A stretch of DNA of 64,000 nt, taken from the NCBI GenBank assembly GCA_014859835.1, contig JACZKW010000047.1, forward strand, positions 68,794 to 132,793, given 5' to 3'. Below, one piece after another: positions 1 to 10,439 of this stretch. Position 1 is the stretch's first letter, and each line of letters opens with the position of its first letter. The notes under the pieces are model-generated. The model was given only the letters and a program-made list of their open reading frames with translations. It did not search any database and had not been told where the DNA came from. Both the position numbers and the translations under genes were made by a program. The stretch comes from Thermoplasmata archaeon. Its GTDB lineage: Archaea > Thermoplasmatota > Thermoplasmata > UBA10834.

Positions 1-1070
1 TCAAACGGTGCTTCGATGCCATGAACGGTTGCGATTCCGATGATATCATGGCATCTCATGAGTTGAACGAGACCGCCGAATCTAGATGTGTCGGTCTCAC
101 CGTTGAGACACGGCCGGATTGGTTCAACAAGGAACAGTTGGACCGGTCCATGCACTTCGGTGCAACCAAGGTCGAATTCGGCGTTCAGATCCTCGATGAT
201 GATGTGTTGGCCGGGGTCAAGAGAGGCCACGGTGTTCGCGAGGTCGTCGACGCCACGGAAAGGGCGAGGAATGCAGGTCTCAAGATATGCTATCACATGA
301 TGCCTGGCCTCCCGGGAAGCACCTTCGAGAAGGACCTCGAATCGTTCACGCGTTTGTTCGAGGACGACAGGTTCAGACCGGATATGCTGAAGATCTACCC
401 GACTCTGGTCGTCAAAGGGACAGACCTGTATGAGCTATGGACCGCGGGTGGATATTCGCCGTTTTCGGTCGAGGATGGTACAAGGATGCTCTCCGAGGTG
501 AAGAAGCAGATTCCTCCATGGGTGAGGATCCTGAGGATTCAACGAGACATACCAGTCCAGCTGATAGAGGCCGGGATAAGGAAGAGCCATCTCAGGGAAC
601 TCGTTCACGAGAGACTCGCCTCAGAAGATTCGCGGTGTCGGTGTATCAGATGTCGGGAGATAGGCCACGTCAACATGCGAGGGCAGGCTACCACCGCCGA
701 CACTCCAGAACTCAGAAAGATCGAATATTCCGCGTCGCGAGGCAAGGAGTTCTTCATATCATATGAGCTGCCGTCCATAGATGCTCTGATCGGCTATGCC
801 CGGCTGAGATTCCCATCCGACGGATCTGGTAATCATGCCCTCGTAAGAGAACTCCATGTCTATGGCCAGATGGTGCCCATCGGTATGGGGTCGGGAGGTC
901 AATGGCAGCACAGAGGGTTGGGCGAGAGCCTTCTTCGAGAATGTGAGATGATCGCATCTGGAAGCGGGTACGACGAGCTGCTCGTAACGAGCGGAGTCGG
1001 TGCCAGAGGATATTACAGAGGGCTCGGATACGATCGGAAAGGGCATTATATGTCTAAGCCATTGTGCTGA
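1..1070 (+). CDS. elp3: Elongator/tRNA-modification protein ELP3 (radical-SAM + GNAT), 3' portion; reading frame is open to the window edge, so the N-terminus lies off-window
   Basis: Translation matches the ELP3 radical-SAM C-terminal region and the HAT/GNAT domain (…KIYPTLVVKGTDLYELW…, …ELHVYGQMVPIG…). The frame stays open upstream of the ATG at 21. Confidence 0.8.
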   Translation, partial: KRCFDAMNGCDSDDIMASHELNETAESRCVGLTVETRPDWFNKEQLDRSMHFGATKVEFGVQILDDDVLAGVKRGHGVREVVDATERARNAGLKICYHMMPGLPGSTFEKDLESFTRLFEDDRFRPDMLKIYPTLVVKGTDLYELWTAGGYSPFSVEDGTRMLSEVKKQIPPWVRILRIQRDIPVQLIEAGIRKSHLRELVHERLASEDSRCRCIRCREIGHVNMRGQATTADTPELRKIEYSASRGKEFFISYELPSIDALIGYARLRFPSDGSGNHALVRELHVYGQMVPIGMGSGGQWQHRGLGESLLRECEMIASGSGYDELLVTSGVGARGYYRGLGYDRKGHYMSKPLC

Positions 1071-1138
1071 ATGCAGATGAATGCGAGAACGTTATGATTA
1101 TATCACCGGACCCGTATCGCATAATGAGGAGGTAACGC

Positions 1139-3013
1139 GTGGCTTGTCTCAGATGTGGTTGCATGTGCGAGGAGGGGCCGCTCCTCTGTGATGCATGCGC
1201 CGACGCTTCTTTCGAAGACCCGCGGTTCTTTCTGAACCCATCATTAATTGGCCGGAGTGTTTTTCAGAGGATGCGCTCGGAAGGGTCTGCCACAATGCTT
1301 CTCGGCCCCACTTCTTGTTCAGACACGATGTGTATCCCTTCAGTCGATTTGCAGAAGATGGTTTCGGAGACCGGTGTCAACGGCATGACTCCGGAGGAGC
1401 TCAAAGGGTTCTACGAACAATGCAACACGATACTGGCACATCTAGGCGTTCCTCTCAAATTCGACCTGCCTTTCATATTGATCACTGAAGATGCTGCGCA
1501 GACCATAACAACCATAATACAGAAAGTGGAGCAGGCGGAGCAACTCTATCCCAACGAGGGCATGAGTGACTTGTACTTGCGAATGGGTCTCGTCTACTGG
1601 TACGCTTTTCACGGGATATTGATGAGGACAGCATCCAAAGACTGGGCCAATGCGAAGAAGAAGCTGCTCAGGTCGAGAGCGAGGGATTACATGGCCCGGG
1701 TCACCCAGACCGACGACCTCAGCTCAATAGCGACCTACAACATGGGTATGCTGGCGGTCGATGCTGGGGACTGGGCGGACGCTGAGATGCATCTCTCAAA
1801 CGCCCTCAAGCATTTCCCCAACGATAGGAAGATCATCGAATCCCTGGCCAAGTCTCAACTCGAACTAGGGAACCCGATGGATGCCATGGCACGGATAGAC
1901 GACGCTTTGGCGCTGGAGGAGACTCAGAGACTATGGGTCCTTAAAGGCCGGGTCCTTAGAGACCTGAACAAGCCCCAGGAGGCGCTCGATTGCTTCAGCA
2001 GGTCGCTTTCTCTGGACTCAAGATTCATCGAAGCTTACGATCACATCATCGTCGTTCTGCACGAGCTGGGCAGGACCGAGGACGCCTCAGTGGCCGAGCG
2101 TCAGAGGGCCATGGCGAGGACGCCGGACCTGGACCAGAAAGTGACGGATCTGATCAGCGAATTGAAGAAGGCATCCGCCGAGACAACGGTAGGAGCGCCT
2201 CCGAGACATTTCATACACATCGCTGAGGAACCCAAAGTGGAGGTCCAAGTCGAATCCTATCCTGCCGAGCTTGCTCGGGAAGCGCTCAGATCGGGGAACT
2301 ACGATTCGGCGATACAGATGGCCGAGCACATTCTTCGGGAGGAGCCCGGTTCTGTGGATGCACAATTGACACTGATCGAATCTCTTGTGAAGACAAATGA
2401 CCTGGCCCGAGCAGACCATGTCGCACACACCTTCTACGAGAACAACAGGAGCGATCCTCGTTCCTGGTATTGGCGGGGCGTATTGGCTGAAAATGAGGGT
2501 AAATGGGGAGCTTCTGTTCAGTACTTCAGCAAGGCTGTATCACTCGATCCGAGGCAAATCGACGCATGGGTGTTGATGGGTGACGCGCTGCTCAAGAACG
2601 GCAAGGTCAGCGGTGCCGACGAGAGCTACTCCAGAGCCCTGCAGATCAATGGCAACTATCCCCGAGCATGGCTCGGAAAGGCCAAGGCGATGCGCGAGCT
2701 GGGCCGTTGGGGGGCCGCGATCCAATGCCTGGATAAGTATAACATGCTGGAGCCGCGCGATAAGGATTCATGGCTGTTGAAAGCAGACATCCTGTTCGAG
2801 AAGGAAAAGCATCGCAGGGCGGTGGAGGCATACGACAGGTTCCTGGAACTTGACCAAGACGATTCCCACGCTCTCGGCAGAAAAGGGATTGCATTGAACG
2901 CCATCGGTATGCAGGACGAGGCACGCAAGTGTCTCGAGGAGGCCGTGAGGCTGGATTCGACTAACAGGGACGCTGCGAAGTGGCTGAAAACCCTGGACGG
3001 AGGGGATGAGTGA
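1139..3013 (+). CDS. TPR-repeat protein with an N-terminal Cys-rich zinc-ribbon-like motif
   Basis: N-terminus reads CLRCGCMCEEGPLLCDAC, followed by multiple 34-aa TPR-like repeats (W/L/G/Y/A/F/A/P pattern). It overlaps the next gene by 4 nt (ATGA). Confidence 0.6.
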   Translation: MACLRCGCMCEEGPLLCDACADASFEDPRFFLNPSLIGRSVFQRMRSEGSATMLLGPTSCSDTMCIPSVDLQKMVSETGVNGMTPEELKGFYEQCNTILAHLGVPLKFDLPFILITEDAAQTITTIIQKVEQAEQLYPNEGMSDLYLRMGLVYWYAFHGILMRTASKDWANAKKKLLRSRARDYMARVTQTDDLSSIATYNMGMLAVDAGDWADAEMHLSNALKHFPNDRKIIESLAKSQLELGNPMDAMARIDDALALEETQRLWVLKGRVLRDLNKPQEALDCFSRSLSLDSRFIEAYDHIIVVLHELGRTEDASVAERQRAMARTPDLDQKVTDLISELKKASAETTVGAPPRHFIHIAEEPKVEVQVESYPAELAREALRSGNYDSAIQMAEHILREEPGSVDAQLTLIESLVKTNDLARADHVAHTFYENNRSDPRSWYWRGVLAENEGKWGASVQYFSKAVSLDPRQIDAWVLMGDALLKNGKVSGADESYSRALQINGNYPRAWLGKAKAMRELGRWGAAIQCLDKYNMLEPRDKDSWLLKADILFEKEKHRRAVEAYDRFLELDQDDSHALGRKGIALNAIGMQDEARKCLEEAVRLDSTNRDAAKWLKTLDGGDE

Positions 3014-5595
3014 TGGTCGAACTAGATAAGATCCTTGACGAGCGCTCAGATGACCGGATCATCGGCGCGGTCCTCAACCTCCCTGACCCGGAGTTCAGCA
3101 ACTTGGTGGAGAAGGTCCTTGGATATCTGGAGCTGAAGATGTCCAGGAGTCGACTCAGGGAGACTTTCGTGATCGCAGATTGCATCCACCGATCCGATGA
3201 CACCAGATATGCCATCCTGTTCTCGAGGCGGGAGCAGCCGTTGGGAAGAGGCGATGTCGAGAGTTTGATCTCATACATGGAGAAGACAGGGGCGTCATCC
3301 GCCCTAGTGTTTACAACTGCTCCCATTCTTGACGAGGCTGTCGAACTCATGTGTGAGCATTCAATCGGCTTCGCGGACGGAAAGAAACTCATCGCCATCC
3401 TCCGCAGATTCGACCTGGACAAGGAGGTCTTACAGATCACGTCCATGATGCCCGAAGTGGTCGTGGCCGAACACCCAGCTATCTCCGGAGAAAGGCTCGA
3501 GGATGCGATGAAGGCGGGATACGACGCCCTTGCGAGCAAGGATTTCATGCGCGCTCTTGAGGCGTTCGACCTCGCCATATTGGTTGATGAGAACTACGAT
3601 GTGCCCTGGCGACTCAAGGGAGTGGTCCTGGATGAGATGGGATACCACGAGCAGGCGCTCGAGTGTTATAAGCACGCTCTCGAACTCCTGCCAGAGAGCG
3701 ATGATACATGGTTCGCTCTCGGCAACTGTTTCTTCGCACTTTCCAGATACACCGAGGAGATAATGTGCTATGACAAGGCCCTGTTCTACAACCCTATGAT
3801 GCAGAAGGCCTTGATCAATAAAGGATCCACCCTGCACAGACTGGGACGATACCAGGAGGCACTGCTCACATACGACAAGGTGCTCAAGATCAACTATCGC
3901 CTGGAGAAGGTCCATAACAATAAGGGGGCCACTCTTCACGCACTCAACAGGCAGATGGAAGCGCTGGAATCTTACGATCGTGCGATAGAGCTCAAACATG
4001 ATTATGTCGAGGCATGGATCAACAAAGGCAACCTGCTGTACATGATAGGACGATACGAGGAAGCCCTCGAATCATTCACCCAAGTCACGAGATTCCGGCC
4101 GGAGTACCCCAAGGGCTGGTATCTCCGAGGGATGGTCTCCAAGAAGCTCGGCAAGGTCACACAGGCCAACTCTGTATTCGAGCAGGCCCTTCAGCTCGAT
4201 CCGGACTATGTCGATGCAAGGAAGGCACTCGGGGAAGTGAAGCAGATGATCGCTGAGCAGTTCGTCGAAGTGCCCAGGATCGTTGAAGACATCTTCTTGA
4301 CTGCTCCAGATGCCCCTGCCAAGGCCGAACCCGAGACGCCTACACCCGTCATGGCCGAGGATGTGGTCGTTCGTGTCCAGGAACCAACGGTCGAACAGCT
4401 TGCGGGCGAGCTCTACGGCGACCGTGCCCAGCTCCTCCTGCTTCTTGGCAGGCATGATGAGGCGTTCGAATTCCTGGGCAAGTCCCTAAGGTTGGAGGGC
4501 GAGGATCCGAGCCTGCTCACCGCCGCTGGGAACGTCCTCTTCCGACAGGGGAAGATCGAGGCGGCGATAAGATCCTACGAACACGCCTTATCGATCGACG
4601 GGTCACACGTCCCTGCCTTGATGAATCTGCACAACGCGCTGATGGAGATGGGCGAATGGGAGAAGGCCCACGGACTCGGTGAGGCGCTTCGGGACTCTTC
4701 CGCCGGGTGGCAGGGCCATGCATTGGCGGCCATCGAAGCCCGTCACAGGGGCGACCCTGCAGGAGCGACAGAGGAAATCGATGATGCCCTTGCCACTGAG
4801 AACCTCGCGATGCTGCTCAACTATCGCGGCCTGACCAAACTAGAATGTGATGATCTGGACGGCGCTGCCGAAGCGTTCGAGCGCGCCGTCGCGTTGCCTT
4901 TGGATAGGTCGGAGGCGTGCAACAACCTGGGAGTCGTCATATTGAAGAAGGGCGAGTTCGAGAAGGCGAGCCTAGAGGTTGACCGGGCCATAAGGCACAG
5001 GAAGAGCAACCCGGCTGCTTGGAACAACAGGGGTTGCATACTCTACAAGAGGGACAGGATGAGGGAGGCGATCGCATGCTTCGACGAATCATTGCTCATA
5101 GCCCCTTCTACTGTCGCGATGACGAACAAAGGGTTCGTGCAGTTGACATTGGACATGCTTCCGGAGGCCCTCAGCTCGTTCGAGCAATCGATCAGATTGG
5201 CCGAGACTCCTGAGGGATACAACAACAAAGGTATCGTGCTCATGCGCATGTCCAAGATGGACGACGCCCGGGTCTCCCTGAAGGACGCGTTGAGGTTGGC
5301 TCCAAAGTTCGGAGACGCATCCTCGAACCTCAAGAGAGCTGAGTCGGCACCACCTGGGCTGGGCAACACATCGACCGCGACCGAGGATCTAACTCGATCT
5401 CCGCGACTGGAAGTTGTCGGAGGTAACGATGCATCTTCTCTGGACATGGACGAGCTGACACCGAAGAACCTCCGAAAGAAGCGCAAAGCCGAATTGGAGG
5501 CCATATGCGACGCGTTCGGGGTAAGCTCCAGAGGGACCAAGTCCGAACTGATATCGCGTATCTTGCGCTCGAAGAGGCAGGCTTCGAAGAAGTGA
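3010..5595 (+). CDS. Multidomain protein: Mrr-like restriction-endonuclease-fold N-domain, long TPR array and C-terminal SAP-like motif
   Basis: The N-terminal ~140 aa align to the Mrr_cat pattern (LPDPEFSNLVEKVLGYLEL…VIADCIH…GRGDVESLISYM…ALVFTTAPILDEAVEL…GFADGKKLIAIL). Many TPR repeats follow. The C-terminus (ELEAICDAFGVSSRGTKSELISRILRSKR) is SAP-like. Confidence 0.55.
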   Translation: MMVELDKILDERSDDRIIGAVLNLPDPEFSNLVEKVLGYLELKMSRSRLRETFVIADCIHRSDDTRYAILFSRREQPLGRGDVESLISYMEKTGASSALVFTTAPILDEAVELMCEHSIGFADGKKLIAILRRFDLDKEVLQITSMMPEVVVAEHPAISGERLEDAMKAGYDALASKDFMRALEAFDLAILVDENYDVPWRLKGVVLDEMGYHEQALECYKHALELLPESDDTWFALGNCFFALSRYTEEIMCYDKALFYNPMMQKALINKGSTLHRLGRYQEALLTYDKVLKINYRLEKVHNNKGATLHALNRQMEALESYDRAIELKHDYVEAWINKGNLLYMIGRYEEALESFTQVTRFRPEYPKGWYLRGMVSKKLGKVTQANSVFEQALQLDPDYVDARKALGEVKQMIAEQFVEVPRIVEDIFLTAPDAPAKAEPETPTPVMAEDVVVRVQEPTVEQLAGELYGDRAQLLLLLGRHDEAFEFLGKSLRLEGEDPSLLTAAGNVLFRQGKIEAAIRSYEHALSIDGSHVPALMNLHNALMEMGEWEKAHGLGEALRDSSAGWQGHALAAIEARHRGDPAGATEEIDDALATENLAMLLNYRGLTKLECDDLDGAAEAFERAVALPLDRSEACNNLGVVILKKGEFEKASLEVDRAIRHRKSNPAAWNNRGCILYKRDRMREAIACFDESLLIAPSTVAMTNKGFVQLTLDMLPEALSSFEQSIRLAETPEGYNNKGIVLMRMSKMDDARVSLKDALRLAPKFGDASSNLKRAESAPPGLGNTSTATEDLTRSPRLEVVGGNDASSLDMDELTPKNLRKKRKAELEAICDAFGVSSRGTKSELISRILRSKRQASKK

Positions 5596-5656
5596 CTTCA
5601 GCGCCTCCGCTGAGCCTTCAAGATCCTCTCAGTCGACTCCTCCGATCAGAAATCGC

Positions 5657-5902
5657 TCACGCGATGTTCATCACGACGACATCGCGGACAGCTTTCATCT
5701 CGCTGAACGGAAGCACGAGTCTTCCCTGGGCATCGGTCTTGAACAATCTCGGTTCGATCTCTTCAGCAGGGATCACGAGAACATTCTGAAGCTCACCAGT
5801 CTTCGTGTCTATCATGAAGTTCTCAATCATGCCGAGTATCTGGCCGTCGTTTGTCATTACCGTTTTGCCCTTAAGCTCGGTTATGAATTTGCGCATCTGC
5901 AT
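5657..5902 (-). CDS. PRC-barrel domain protein
   Basis: Small protein (81 aa) with a PRC-barrel-like sequence (…LKGKTVMTNDGQILGMIENFMIDTKTGELQNVLV…). It lies immediately upstream of CDC48 on the same strand. Confidence 0.5.
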   Translation of the reverse strand: MQMRKFITELKGKTVMTNDGQILGMIENFMIDTKTGELQNVLVIPAEEIEPRLFKTDAQGRLVLPFSEMKAVRDVVVMNIA

Positions 5903-5913
5903 CCCATCTCCGA

Positions 5914-8136
5914 CTATCTGTAGTAGCCAAGCCCATTATCATCTTTGCGCTTCTTAGAGATTGCGGTCTTTATTTCCAGGACCTGCGACTCATAGAACTT
6001 GACCGTCTCTGGGCCGGTCGACGCCCTAACTATGCTCAACGCCTTCTCGAAGTGTTCGAAGCGGACCTTGTCCGCTTTCTTGTTCTCCCGGAGCGCAATG
6101 AGTGCCGCTTCCCTGCAGAGGTTCTCGATATCCGCGCCTACGAAACCTTCCAAACGCTTCGCGAGAGGGGCCAGGTCGACGCCCTCGAGAGGCATCTTCT
6201 TCGTATGGACATCGAGGATCTTTCTCCGGGCCTTTTCATCCGGTATCGGGATCAGGAGCAGTTTGTCGAACCTGCCCGGCCTCAGGAGCGCGGGGTCAAT
6301 CATGTCCGGCCGGTTGGTCGCTCCTATGACGAAGACGTTCTCCATATCCTCCAGCCCGTCCATGGATGTGAGCAATTGGTTCACGATTCTCTCAGTGGCT
6401 CCTGAATCGTTATGGCTTCCTCTCCTCGGAGCGATCGCATCGATCTCGTCGAAGAATACGATGCTCGGCGAGACCTGCTTCGCCTTCTTGAATATCATCC
6501 TCACGGCCTTTTCGCTCTCACCGACCCATTTGGACATGACCTCTGGACCTTTTATGGATATGAAATTCGTGTTAGACATGTTCGCGATCGCACGTGCGAT
6601 CAGAGTCTTTCCGGTTCCTGGAGCACCGAACAGCAGCACCCCTTTCGGTGGTCTGATGCCCAATCTCTTGAATGACTCAGGATCTTCGATGGGCAGCTCG
6701 ATGGCCTCGTGCAGCTCCTTCTTCACATCATCTAGTCCCCCGACATCCTCCCAAGTGACGTTCGGTACCTCGATCAACACTTCGCGCATGGCACTGGGCT
6801 CGATGTCTCGTTTAGCATCCGCGAAATCCTGTCCCGTTACCTTCATCTTCTCTAGTATGTCTGCGGGAATAGGCTTTCCCAGATCGATATCGGGCAGGTA
6901 TCTCCGCAGAGATCGCATTGCAGCTTCGCGAGCAAGTGCGGCCAGGTCCGCGCCTGCAAAGCCATGGGTTATCTCTCCGATGTGATCCAGATTGACAGTC
7001 TCATCGATTGGCATTCCTCTTGTATGGATCTGCATTATCTCCTGGCGTCCAGCGGTGGAAGGTACCCCAATCTCAATCTCTCTATCGAACCTTCCAGGCC
7101 TTCTCAGGGCAGGATCGATAGCTTCCTCCCTGTTTGTCGCTGCGATAACTATGACATTACCCCTGCTCGTGAGCCCATCCATCAAGGTGAGGAGCTGAGC
7201 GACGACTCTCCTCTCGACCTCTCCTTGGACCTCGTCCCTCCTAGGGGCGATCGAATCCAGCTCGTCGATGAAGATCACGGATGGGGCGTTCTTCTCCGCC
7301 TCAGCGAATATCTCTCTGAGTTTCTCTTCGCTCTGGCCATAGAATTTGGACATTATCTCCGGTCCCTGTATCGAGAAGAAGTTGGCCCCCGCCTCATTCG
7401 CTACGGCTCTTGCGATTAATGTCTTGCCAGTGCCTGGCGGTCCATAGAGGAGCACTCCTTTCGGCGGGTCGATGCCCAGCCTCGTGAATATCTCTGGGTG
7501 TTTCAGCGGGAGCTCGATCATCTCCCGGATCCTCTCCAATTCCCCTTCCAACCCTCCTATGTCCTCATAGGTGACGGAGGGGCGGGCAAGGTCGGTGATC
7601 TCTATCGGCTCGGTTTTCACAGACAGTTCCGTCTGCTCGGTCACTTGGACTATCCCATTGGGTGCCGTAGATGCGACCATGAAAGGAAGAAACCCCCCCA
7701 TCAGAGCGATGTTGGGGATGATGATTTCGTCACCCTTGATCACGGCCCTGTTGAGCAATCCCTTCTTGAACAATCCCTCGACACCTTGACCGAATCTGAC
7801 GCGCTTTCCGTGAGGTATCTTGGGAGCGACCACTATCTTCTGGGCCGGCTGAGCATCGGCTTTCTGCACAACGACGTTCTCGCCTATGGATACCGCAGCG
7901 TTCCCTCGTATCATGCCATCGATTCTGATGATCCCTTTGCCCTCGTCCTCATGAGCTGCCCTGAACACCTTCGCCGCCGTCCTCTTCTTGCCAACGATCT
8001 CGATGATTTCACCAACATCGACTGAGAGATCCTTCCTTGTCGAGGTGTCTATTCGAGCTCTTCCGAGGCCCACTTCGGATTGGTGATGCGCTCTCGCGAC
8101 CCGAAGGGTGATCCCATCCGCTTTCTTCTTCACCAT
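5914..8136 (-). CDS. cdc48: CDC48/VAT AAA+ ATPase with two AAA domains
   Basis: Two Walker A motifs (GPPGTGKT and GAPGTGKT), two SRH regions, an N-terminal double-psi barrel region and a C-terminal tail ending GYYR. Length is 740 aa. Confidence 0.9.
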   Translation of the reverse strand: MVKKKADGITLRVARAHHQSEVGLGRARIDTSTRKDLSVDVGEIIEIVGKKRTAAKVFRAAHEDEGKGIIRIDGMIRGNAAVSIGENVVVQKADAQPAQKIVVAPKIPHGKRVRFGQGVEGLFKKGLLNRAVIKGDEIIIPNIALMGGFLPFMVASTAPNGIVQVTEQTELSVKTEPIEITDLARPSVTYEDIGGLEGELERIREMIELPLKHPEIFTRLGIDPPKGVLLYGPPGTGKTLIARAVANEAGANFFSIQGPEIMSKFYGQSEEKLREIFAEAEKNAPSVIFIDELDSIAPRRDEVQGEVERRVVAQLLTLMDGLTSRGNVIVIAATNREEAIDPALRRPGRFDREIEIGVPSTAGRQEIMQIHTRGMPIDETVNLDHIGEITHGFAGADLAALAREAAMRSLRRYLPDIDLGKPIPADILEKMKVTGQDFADAKRDIEPSAMREVLIEVPNVTWEDVGGLDDVKKELHEAIELPIEDPESFKRLGIRPPKGVLLFGAPGTGKTLIARAIANMSNTNFISIKGPEVMSKWVGESEKAVRMIFKKAKQVSPSIVFFDEIDAIAPRRGSHNDSGATERIVNQLLTSMDGLEDMENVFVIGATNRPDMIDPALLRPGRFDKLLLIPIPDEKARRKILDVHTKKMPLEGVDLAPLAKRLEGFVGADIENLCREAALIALRENKKADKVRFEHFEKALSIVRASTGPETVKFYESQVLEIKTAISKKRKDDNGLGYYR

Positions 8137-8369
8137 CTACCGGCAAATCCCCTCCTAGCTCAAAAAAGGTTTGGGTTCCAAGCGACTTAATGCGTTTTCG
8201 CCGGCGCGCTTCTCGATAAACTCGATTTTCGACATTTGAACGATGGCATTCTCTGACATCTGTGTTTTGCTCATAAACCAGCGTTTATGGACGCTTTTCA
8301 GAGCCATTAGGGGTTGCTCAGAAAGCCTTAAAATAGGTCCAATCATTCAAACAGGTGCGAGGCTCAAGG

Positions 8370-9254
8370 ATGTACGAGGTACGATTCCATGGCCGTGGCG
8401 GCCAGGGCGCTGTCATGGCTGCGCAAGCACTCGCGAGCGCCGCTCACCAGGAAAGCGGGTATGCAACCGCCTTCCCATTTTTCGGGGCTGAAAGAAGGGG
8501 TGCCCCGGTGCTCGCGTTTACGAGAATTGATAAGACGCGGATTTACAGGAAGACGCAGGTACACGAACCCGACTTCGTCGTCGTTCTCGACGAATCTCTG
8601 ATCGATTCGGTCAACGTGGTCGACGGTCTGAAGAAGGGCGGCATCGTGATAGTTAACACTGCTAGGAAGCCTGAAGAGGTCGATGTGGGTATCGATGTCA
8701 AGATGGCCACTATCGATGCCACCTCTGTCGCGTTGGAAGTATTGAAACAACCCGCGACGAACTCATCGATCCTGGGTGCTTTGTCGAAAGCGACAGGTCT
8801 TGTCTCGATCGAATCCATCGAGAAGGGGATCATGGAGGTGTTCGGTGACAGGCTCGGCCCGAAGATCGGTGAGAAGAACGCTAAGGCGGCCAGGGTCGCC
8901 TATGAGCGCACTATCGTGGGCGAATCGCACGGTCACAGACCTCTGAAGGCCGCTAAGAAGTGGCTCCCCGATGTCAATGAACTGCCACTGGGCGCCGCTG
9001 GCATCGTGAAGAAGACCGAAGCGGGCATGGTAGGTCCAGGTTCGTTCACAGAGAACAAGACTGGTAGCTGGAAGGTTTTCAGGCCAGAGTATGATATCGA
9101 AAAGTGCACTATGTGCAACTTCTGCTGGTTCTACTGCCCCGAGGGATGCATATACAGAAAGGGCGAGAAGATGGAATTCGACATGGATTACTGCAAGGGC
9201 TGCGGGATATGCGCCAACGAGTGCCCCGTTGAAGCCATAAAGATGGTGAGGTGA
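8370..9254 (+). CDS. porG: Pyruvate/2-oxoacid:ferredoxin oxidoreductase gamma-delta fusion; alternative GTG start at 8355
   Basis: …[11 protein letters not shown]… is the gamma-subunit signature. The C-terminus has two 4Fe-4S motifs ([12 protein letters not shown] and [12 protein letters not shown]) typical of the delta subunit. Confidence 0.8.
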   Translation: MYEVRFHGRGGQGAVMAAQALASAAHQESGYATAFPFFGAERRGAPVLAFTRIDKTRIYRKTQVHEPDFVVVLDESLIDSVNVVDGLKKGGIVIVNTARKPEEVDVGIDVKMATIDATSVALEVLKQPATNSSILGALSKATGLVSIESIEKGIMEVFGDRLGPKIGEKNAKAARVAYERTIVGESHGHRPLKAAKKWLPDVNELPLGAAGIVKKTEAGMVGPGSFTENKTGSWKVFRPEYDIEKCTMCNFCWFYCPEGCIYRKGEKMEFDMDYCKGCGICANECPVEAIKMVR

Positions 9255-9260
9255 AGAGGC

Positions 9261-10439
9261 ATGGCTCACAAGATTGTCACGGGTAACTATGCAGCCGCGT
9301 ACGGCGCTATGAGGAGCAGAGTCAGAACGGTGGCAGCATATCCGATCACTCCTCAGACGTTCATAGTCGAGCACTTGTCCGAGTTCATCAACAACGGTGA
9401 GTTGGACTCAGAATACATCGAAGTGGAGAGCGAACACTCGGCCATGAGTGCATGCGTCTCTGCGAGCGCGACTGGCGTGCGCACATTCACTGCAACTTCT
9501 TCCCAAGGATTGGCATTGATGCACGAGATTCTGCCCATCGCGAGCGGGCTGAGATTGCCTATCGTGATGTCAGTCGTCAACCGTGCGATCGCTGCCCCGA
9601 TAAACATCTGGGTGGAGCACAACGATATCATGCCCGAGCGGGATTCCGGCTGGCTGCAGGTCTTCTGCGACCACAATCAGGAAGTCCAGGACATGATCCT
9701 GCAAGCATTCAGGATTGCCGAGGACAAGCGCGTCGCGCTACCGGTGGCTGTCTGTCTGGACGCGTTCATCCTATCGCATACGGTCGAGCCAGTTGATCTG
9801 ATGTGCCAGGAGGATGCCGATAGGTTCCTCCCGAAATACAGCCCGCCAAGCCCGATACTCGACCCCAATAATCCGACGGCCGTCGGTGTATTCGTTCCAC
9901 CGGAATATATGATGGAGTGCCGGTGGCAGATGGACAATGCGATGCGCCAGGCACCCAAGGTGATCGAAGAGGTCAACAAGGCGTTCGCCAAGGAGTTCGG
10001 CAGGGATTATGGCGGGATGATAGACCCGTACATGTGTGATGATGCCGATGTGGTTCTGATCACTCTGGGCACTGTTGGGTCCACGACTCATGAGGTCGTA
10101 GATGTTATGCGAGCAGAGGGCAAGAAAGTGGGCATGGTCAAGCTCAGGTTCTGGAGACCATATCCTGCGGCGCAGTTGCGAAAGATCGCGGAGAAGGTGA
10201 AAGCCGTCGGGGTCTTCGACCGTGCGGTTTCGTACGGGGTCGCTGGGCCATCCTTCATTGAGTTCAGAAACGCTGCATATGGTCTCGATGTGCCAACGAT
10301 GAACGTCATCGGCGGTCTCGGTGGCAACGATGTCTCTCTGGCGGATATCCGTTCGATATTCGATAAACTGCTGGAGATCGCAAAGACCGGAGTGGTCAAG
10401 AGGGAGATAGTCTGGCTCAACACAAGGGGGGTGGAGTGA
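9261..10439 (+). CDS. porA: Pyruvate:ferredoxin oxidoreductase alpha subunit
   Basis: …YPITPQTFIVEHLSE…SEHSAMSACVSASATGVRTFTATSSQGL… is conserved PorA sequence. Confidence 0.85.
   Translation: MAHKIVTGNYAAAYGAMRSRVRTVAAYPITPQTFIVEHLSEFINNGELDSEYIEVESEHSAMSACVSASATGVRTFTATSSQGLALMHEILPIASGLRLPIVMSVVNRAIAAPINIWVEHNDIMPERDSGWLQVFCDHNQEVQDMILQAFRIAEDKRVALPVAVCLDAFILSHTVEPVDLMCQEDADRFLPKYSPPSPILDPNNPTAVGVFVPPEYMMECRWQMDNAMRQAPKVIEEVNKAFAKEFGRDYGGMIDPYMCDDADVVLITLGTVGSTTHEVVDVMRAEGKKVGMVKLRFWRPYPAAQLRKIAEKVKAVGVFDRAVSYGVAGPSFIEFRNAAYGLDVPTMNVIGGLGGNDVSLADIRSIFDKLLEIAKTGVVKREIVWLNTRGVE

Noticed and set aside
5999-6985. 328-aa plus-strand ORF (and several others at 6052, 6412, 6964, 7498) antisense to CDC48
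   Set aside because: They lie entirely inside a strongly supported AAA+ gene on the opposite strand. They show low-complexity Ser/Ala/Arg-rich translations typical of high-GC shadow ORFs.
8155-8346. 63-aa ORF in the cdc48/por divergent intergenic region
   Set aside because: It sits in a promoter region with no motif support and has AT-rich composition consistent with regulatory DNA.
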